Position numbers and translations under genes: made by a program
Shown: piece after piece, positions 35,238 through 42,338 of the stretch
Numbering within the stretch: position 1 is the first letter of the stretch
How the letters are laid out: every line of letters begins with the position of its first letter
Notes under the pieces: generated by a model
Seen by the model: the letters and a program-made list of their open reading frames with translations, nothing else
Database searches by the model: none
What the model was told of the DNA's origin: nothing
Assembly: GCA_051942205.1 (NCBI GenBank)
Contig: JAVECO010000190.1
Coordinates: forward strand, 1-42,338
DNA length: 42,338 nucleotides
Source of the DNA: Coniocarpon cinnabarinum
Lineage: Eukaryota
Direction of reading: 5' to 3'

Positions 35238-36964
35238 ATGAAGATCCGCGCATTGACGGCGAATCCGCCAAGTTATGTCACAAAGACATGTATTGTTAGC
35301 ATTGGCGGATTGCTATTTGGGTAAGTGAATGATACGCTTCGTTGCCGCACAGTCAATGCCAATATGATCGCACAGCTTGGACACTGGCAGCATTGGTCCT
35401 ATTACGGTCATGCCGCAGTTTGGCAGCATACTTCAGAATACATCCTCCACGCTCCATGGGCTTGTCGTGTCAATGATTCTGATACCAGCTGCCATCGCGT
35501 CGTTCTTCGCTGGCCACTTGGCCGACCGGCTTGGTCGACCCCGTGGTATTGCCGTTGGCGCATTAATATTTGCGATCGGAACAACGATCGAGACTGCTGC
35601 TGTACCTCTCGCAATGCTCTTAGTCGGCAGAGTCATCACTGGGATTGGACAGGGCCTCTTTCTAAGCACACTTGTCGTCTACGTCTGCGAGATCGCTCCG
35701 CCGAGGCACCGAGGGGCACTGGCATCTCTGCCTCAACTTGTCATCACTATGGGCCTTTGTCTTGGTTACTTTGTGTGCTACGGAACGGTGCGAATGAGCT
35801 CAACTATAGCGTGGCGGCTACCATTCGCTTTGCAGGCCCTCGTTGCATACGGTTTTGCTCTGAGTGCAGCGTTTTCGCTTCCCGAGTCTCCTCGATGGCT
35901 CACGAGTCGACGAAGAATTACTGAAGCTTCTGCAGTCTGGGATCAGTTGCAAGTCTCTGCTGCGGAGAGGGAGAAAGCCCAAGAAGAGTTGGGTCCAGCG
36001 GAGCTCGAGCAAACGTCAGCCCCCGTCTCTAGATCGCCACAGAAGGCCATGACAAAGCGGCTACTAGGGCTATTCAGGGTTTTCGAAAAGGATGCACGAC
36101 GACAAACCTTATTTGGTGTCTTCCTCATGGGTATACAGCAGCTAAGCGGTATTGATGGCGTACTCTATTACGCACCATTATTGTTTCAGCAAGCCGGACT
36201 GAGCTCATCGGAAGCTTCTTTTCTCGCCTCTGGAGTGTCAGCTATCTGCATAGTCGCGGTCAGCGTCCCTGCATCGCTCTATCTGGATGCATGGTCTCGA
36301 CGTGCGTCGACCATAGTTGGCGCCATCGTGATGGCCATATGTATGAACACCATTGGATCCTTGTACGCAACCGGTAGCGTCCATGCGGACCATGGTGCCG
36401 CCCGGTGGACTGTCATTGTTATGATCTACGTGTTTGCAGTCACTTATGCAGCGTCTTGGGCGGTTGGTATCAAGGTCTACACTAGCGAGATACAGCCATC
36501 TCAGACAAGAGCTGCAGCGACAAGCCTGGCTTACAGCTCAAACTGGGTAAGTGTCTTTACGAGCTTTCTATTGCCCCATATCTGTCGCTAATCAAAATCG
36601 CAAAGATCGTCAACTGGATTGTCGCTTTCACAACACCAATCTTCCTGTCGCGGTCAAGTTTTGGACCTTATTTCTTATTTGGTGGAGCGCTGACTCTGAC
36701 CATGCTCGTCTGCCTTGCGTTCATGCCGTGAGTGCACCCTTAGCATCAGAACTGACACTTGCCAGGGTCGATCGCTAACACAACTTCAGGGAGACGAGGG
36801 GTAGGGAGCTAGAGTCGATTGATGAGTCGTTCAGCTTTAACCAGATGCCGATGCATGCGACCCACACACCTGGTTACAAAAGGATGGTGAATTATGTCAT
36901 CACATGCTTCTCGAAGAGACCTAAGCCTGCACTGCAGAGCAACATCGAACTTACGACTATGTGA
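35238..36964 (+). CDS. MFS sugar porter family transporter (~516 aa; exons 35238-35320, 35376-36546, 36606-36727, 36790-36964)
   Basis: GGLLFG-LDTG, ADRLGR, GR.ITGIG.G, EIAP...RG, PESPRWL, QQLSGID..LYY, PETRG..LE signatures; three canonical introns in frame. Confidence 0.95.
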
Positions 36965-37362
36965 CGCCTTCAGGTCTTCACATCAATGCCCAGAATCATA
37001 CCTGACATTCCAACACTTATTCATAGGTGTCCAAGACCACTGAGCTGCAGGAAGGATGTGACACACGAGGCTGTGACCATACACTGTGCTGAGCCAGTGC
37101 ACGAGGGACTGCGAAGCGAGCATGGGGGACAAGATCAAGGACTCTTACTACCTGTACATGCAACCTCACGTGATATGTTTACGGCACAATACTTTACCCA
37201 ATCAAGGGTGTGTGTATACGCAGAGAACGCTGCTTGAATTTCCTTGTGTCTGATGTCTACATTAATTAATACCTCGTACTACCTAATGGGAGCAAGGTCT
37301 AACGACTTTAAAACCTCAGATCAAACCTCCATGCTCTTACACTAGCGCGTTCATGCCTCGGT

Positions 37363-37782
37363 ATGCCTTCAGTGCCTGTTCACCCACCTCAGCCGCGGCC
37401 ACAAAACCATGCCCACAACCCCCTCCCATCTCTGCTGCATACACCACTCGGCCTAGCGCTCGTGGAAATCCAAGGCACACTCAACATTCCGGATCCGACG
37501 TCAAGCCAAACCGAAAGCCAGCAAATTGGCAGGCTAGAGTTTCCCGGATTGGACGGCGCGGATCCCGAAACAGCTCGACACCACGGTCCATGGACGAAAC
37601 AGGTCTATTTCTACGTGGGCGACCGACAACGCCTGGCTGGTGAAGTCCAGAGGCTCGAGCCGCCTCTTGGCGTTTTGAGGAAACGTCAAAATACTATCGC
37701 GGCTTCGAATGGCGAGGAGCTTGAAATAATGGACATCATTAGGTGGAAGTTGTACTTTGGAAGCAGGCCAGAGTTCACGTGA
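37363..37782 (+). CDS. ctf8: Chromosome transmission fidelity protein 8 (Ctf18-RFC subunit)
   Basis: NPLPSLLHTP.GLALVEIQG, IGRLEF, YVG..QRL.GEV..L..PLGVLRKR, EI.DIIR.KL.F..RPE, as in fungal Ctf8. Confidence 0.92.
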   Translation: MPSVPVHPPQPRPQNHAHNPLPSLLHTPLGLALVEIQGTLNIPDPTSSQTESQQIGRLEFPGLDGADPETARHHGPWTKQVYFYVGDRQRLAGEVQRLEPPLGVLRKRQNTIAASNGEELEIMDIIRWKLYFGSRPEFT

Positions 37783-40463
37783 AATGCCTGCGTCCGTGAT
37801 GGTCCAATGCTAAAGTGGCTCACATGCTGCTTTGTCAGCCTTGAAGTTACCCAACAGTTCTTACAACAGTTTCCGTTCGAGGACGCGACACCCATGTTAG
37901 TCATAACTGTAGAGCCAAGCCAAATGCAAGGGTTTGCGGTCTTTGGCGAACAATGGCAGGATTAATGATGACAAATGCGCCGCATCATTCAAGGCTAATA
38001 TCGGATGCCCACTCTCTCTGACTGCACTCGAGGGAAGTCTAGGCTTTGTGCAGATGCAGTCGGAAAATTTCTGCTCTCTGAAGACCGCTTACTCACCGAG
38101 GAACGAGGATAGTTTGCCATCCAACCGTTGAGACTTGACGTAAAAAGCAATTAGCGTTGATTGCGACACGTGCTACACACTTCAATTTTGAAATATCAGA
38201 AAATTGTCGCAACTTGTGATGCTTGTGGGCGGGTCGAGCGGAAGGCATGGCTCCAACGTCAACTGTGCGAGCAAAATCAAACGTGGGAACGCGGGCAAGA
38301 GACTGCGGCGTCGCCCATATGCAAGCGCACCCATTCACAACTCAGTGCATCCAATTACCAGGACACTTTGAGGCGTGATGATTTATGGCGGCTATGATAG
38401 ATCAGATGATAGCTGCTGGCGCCGGGAACGCCACTCTGCAAAGCGCGGCACCGGGAAGTAACGCAAGGGATGATTGAATACGTATGGGAGCGGAAATTCG
38501 GAGAATAACCACTCGTCTCACAAACGCGCGCATGAACGGAGTGAACACAAAGATGTGTGCAACCTGTAAAGGGCGGGTGACACAGATCTTCGATCAGGAT
38601 TGCCGCGAAAAATGGAAATAATCCATTGTCAGACGGGCGTTGTGCTACCGGCGCATAGCTCGACGGTGAGGGTCTTTGAGGGTCGGAAAAAGCAATTTGC
38701 TTGCAGGACGAATACAAGAGACGTTCGGACTCTGTATGAGCAGACGCAGAGGGTCTTTAAGACGGCCACAGCATGACAACCCGCCAGCGTGGCAAGGTGT
38801 TCCGAAAGATGGATGGCACGATGGATATCAAGCACCAAACGCCCTCTTGGACGGGACGGGGCGGATCCGTCATTAAGGAGCGGAGGCGCTTAAGCCCGGC
38901 CAATCAAAAGCGATCCCACGAGCAGGGTACCGCTGGTCATCCAGCTGGCTGGGACGGGGCAGTGGTCTGCCATTTTGCGTAGTTTGCTGTCGGAATGCAG
39001 AGGCCAATGCAGCCATTCGAACGGTGACCACAGTTCACCGTCCCTATCGGAGGCTTTTACGAGGGCAACGGCGCGAGCTAGCTGCGGTGGTGCGGTGCGG
39101 AGATCGCGAGGTGGTGTGAGTTGGCGGCGATAAGCCTTGGTCTACTGCGGCGTGCAGGAGATGGCTCCGACGCCACCAGCGATCGAGAGTCGAGACACTG
39201 GCGGGCAACGACCAAGCTTCAGGACTCTTGCTTGGGAGAGCGTGCGAGGGAGAGTGTGAGACGAGCCGAACGTCCGGGCGTTGGAAAAGAGAGTTTAAGG
39301 CGAGGGGCGCGAGGGAAGGGTGTTCCTGGCCCATTCGTGGCGTGACATGACACAGGGGAGGGGGAGTTGCTCCGTAGCGCAGTCGGCCAGATTGCATCGG
39401 ATCCATGCAGTCACCTCCCGATGCGGGCGGCGGAGACTTGAAGCAGCGCACAGAGGTATTGAATTTTGAGCAGCACGAGCGAGTGGGTGGGTATACGTTA
39501 CTTTAGAGAGGTCATCTGCAGTGTGGAGGGTGGGAGTGGGCAGAGGCTTGACACGTGAAGGAGGGAGGCGGGGGGCAGCAGCTTGGGGAAGAATAAGAGA
39601 GGGAGAGACAGGCCCAGCAGCGCAGAGACGGGCGTGTGGGCAACGGTTTGGGGCGCAGCTGGACCGCCGGCTTGGGCTGTGGGTGCGCGAGCTGGTGGAG
39701 TGGGAGAGGGAGGGAGGGAGAGAGAGAGCACAGAGGGCAAGTATGATCGGCAGTAGAGCAGCAGGGGAGTGCGGGGCAGGGCGGCCGAAAGAGGGCATGA
39801 GCAATAACTTTAATGCTCTAGCGTCGTCAGCAAGCGCGCGAGTTGCCCCAAACAGGAACGCGGTGAGAGGAGCGCGTAACGGGCGCCAGAGGACTGAGGA
39901 TTGAGGAGTCACCAGCAGCAGCCAGGATCCTCCCACCTCCTTCCACGCTACGCAATCCAGTACCTGTCGTGCCTGTGTAGCGTGTCCACTGCTGTCCTGC
40001 GGTCCTCTCCTCTGATTCGCTCCACAGACGCGCTCCCGCTCTTCAGCGACTCCCTCGTCCGCTTTCGTCTCGCTGCTCTCTACGGAGTACCTTACTCTCT
40101 GCCCCCCTCTCTCGCGACCACATCATCTCATCCACCACGCACGCACACCTGCACTCACCAACCCACACCCACCCATCCCCGGCCCTCTGCAGCGCCAACC
40201 CTTCCCTCTCATGCAATAACACCGATCCATATCCTGTCGTGCTCCCGTCCCTCCTCTCACCTCCCATTGACGCCCTTCCTTCGCTCCCCATCTCACAAAA
40301 CGTCAAAGGCTCGGCCCCGCCAATTGGAACACGTCCACCTCCGCGCCCCTCGACACCATCCTGGTTCCCTCTGTCTGCCTCTCGCCCTCTCTGCGCGCTC
40401 GTTCGCGCGTCCCACGACCCAGCTCGGTGGGCCATATCTGGACACGATCCACCTGCTGCAAAC

Positions 40464-40727
40464 GTAATCTTTTTGACAGCCTGTGTTGTCCTCTCTCTGT
40501 CACCGGCGCCGTCATTGCCACGCACGCCTTCTTCAATCCGCTCTGTCCCCACCCCTCCGCCCGCCCATCCTCCACACTGACGGCCCCCTCCACGACCACC
40601 TCGACCATTGCAGCAGGGCAGTGTTTGTGACACGCCGCCAGGACCACTGTCACCCACTGCAGCTGGGGGGTCGGTGTTGGTAATGCAAGCTGCCGGCACC
40701 AAGCGCGTCTCTTAACTGCTGCATCAG
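40464..40727 (+). other. Probable 5'-UTR intron of veA
   Basis: GTAATC donor, TTAAC branch at 40712, CAG acceptor 24 nt before the ATG; follows a long CT-rich leader. Confidence 0.45.
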
Positions 40728-40751
40728 ACGGGCCCTCGGGGTCGCCTGGTC

Positions 40752-42338
40752 ATGTCGACCACCGCAGCTGCACCTCCCAACGCAGCTCCTCCCTCCCCCG
40801 CCGACGAAGAGTCAATCAGTGTGGCCTCTCGCTTCACTAAAGATGGCCGCAAGCTGTCTTATCGTATGCGCGTTGCCCAACAGCCCGAGCGCGCCCGCGC
40901 CTGTGGTCAAGGTGCCAAATGTGCGTCCTCGCTCTACTGGACCAGCAATGTGATATGACTGAGCTGACCGCTATTCTTGTAGCTTCTTCCGACCGCCGAC
41001 CGGTCGATCCACCTCCCATTGTCGAGCTGCGCATCCTCGAAGGCGAGCAGCAGAACGACATCACTTTCCCCTACAACGCCAGCTTTTTCTTGTACGCAAC
41101 CCTCGAGCCGGCACGTCCCATCGCGCAACCGCGAGGGGGCCATGGGCACGCTCAGTCGAACAATGCAGTCCTCACAGGGGCGCCTGCGGTTGGCATCTCC
41201 TACCTCGACCGCCCTGAGCCTGCCGGATACTTCATTTTCCCTGATTTGTCTGTCCGTCACGAGGGTCAGTATCGCTTAAAGTTCACGCTGTGGGAGGCGA
41301 TGAAGGACAGTCACGACGCAGACGCGCAGACCCTGGGCCTCGAGAGCATCGATTCGTGCTACCACAACCGATGTGAGGTCAAGTCCGCAGCGTTTCACGT
41401 GTACAGCGCGAAGAAATTCCCCGGTCTGACGGAGAGCACGCTCCTGAGTCGTGTGGTCGCCGATCAGGGCTGCCGCGTGCGCATACGGCGAGATGTGCGC
41501 ATGCGCCGGCGCGATTCGAAGCAGGACAAGGACTGGGAGGCGGACGACGAGGGGCAGACGGCCGAGGGTGCACGTGGAGACCTGGCGCCCACCGCCTATG
41601 ATGGCAAGACCCTCGCGAGCCCCGTGGGAGGACAGCAGCTCCCCATGGAGCAGGTGGAAAAGATGGAATCTGTACCGAGCAGCACGAGTTCGCAGACTTT
41701 GCCCGCCCCTCCTCAGCCGAGCCAGTCGGTGCAACAGGTCGTGCAGGCGGGGTTCTCTCTTCCGCAGTGGTACCAATATGCAGCGACAGCGCAACCGGGC
41801 AGTCATCACCCCTACGCGCAGCAGGCGCCTACAGAGCAAGCGTATGTGCAACAAGCGCAGCAGCAGCAGCATCAGGCTCAATATCAACCCTCCGACTCGC
41901 AGCAACTGGGGCAGGTGGCTCCTTACAATCCTGCTTATGCCTATCAGCCAAACGGTGCGGACGCCATGGTTCGAAACGCCTCTGGGACCTATCAATCTAC
42001 CAGTCACGAACCGCAACAGCAGCAGCAAACGCCAACCCCACAGCAACCACCACAATCGTCGGTCTCGTCGATGTATGTTCCTCAGCCGCCACAGCAATCA
42101 ACAGACTATTCTTCACAAGCGCACATGCGTCCACAACACGCCATGTATAACAATCCATATCCCACGCTCGACCGCGACCCTCAAAGCAATTCTCAATACC
42201 CATACAACCACCAATCCTTGACCTACGCCCAGCCGCCACACACCCAACAGCAGCATCACCCGCATCAGCACCTCTCCCAGCAACAGCCCCCACCACATCC
42301 ACACTCCCAGCTCGCCTACGACCCCCACGGTGCCGTCC
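40752..42338 (+). CDS. veA: Velvet complex subunit VeA, 3'-truncated by the window (exons 40752-40920, 40983->42338)
   Basis: TKDGRKLSY...[92 protein letters not shown]; intron 40921-40982; frame stays open to the window end. Confidence 0.97.

Noticed and set aside
41276..42328. Long ORFs overlapping veA (41276-42097 minus, 41451-42221 plus and others)
   Set aside because: Shadow frames of the GC-rich veA exon; the true frame is missing from the track only because its stop lies outside the window.

Overview
Filamentous-ascomycete genomic DNA in two sharply different compartments. Bases 1-~15225 are an AT-rich block degenerated by repeat-induced point mutation (RIP). It resolves into a Ty1/Copia element carrying nested Ty3/Gypsy chromovirus insertions: the 3' part of element A (1-3666), an inverted solo LTR of family A (5698-6229, target-site duplication (TSD) CTTAT) and a full-length element B (6546-13925, 424-bp LTRs, TSD ATAGT). 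The main observation is that both Gypsy elements carry, antisense between the chromodomain and the 3' LTR, the fossil of a spliced gene for a GAL4-type Zn(II)2Cys6 plus coiled-coil protein, with identical Cys spacing, the same intron position and a shared C-terminal motif. The GC-balanced part holds two divergent tandem paralogs of an unrecognised single-pass membrane protein, about 7 kb without a credible gene, a 7-Cys hydrophobin-like gene, a possible disordered-protein gene, trs130, an MFS sugar transporter, ctf8 and the 5' part of veA. All translations, splice models and reversals of RIP changes were done by eye; no database searches were run.
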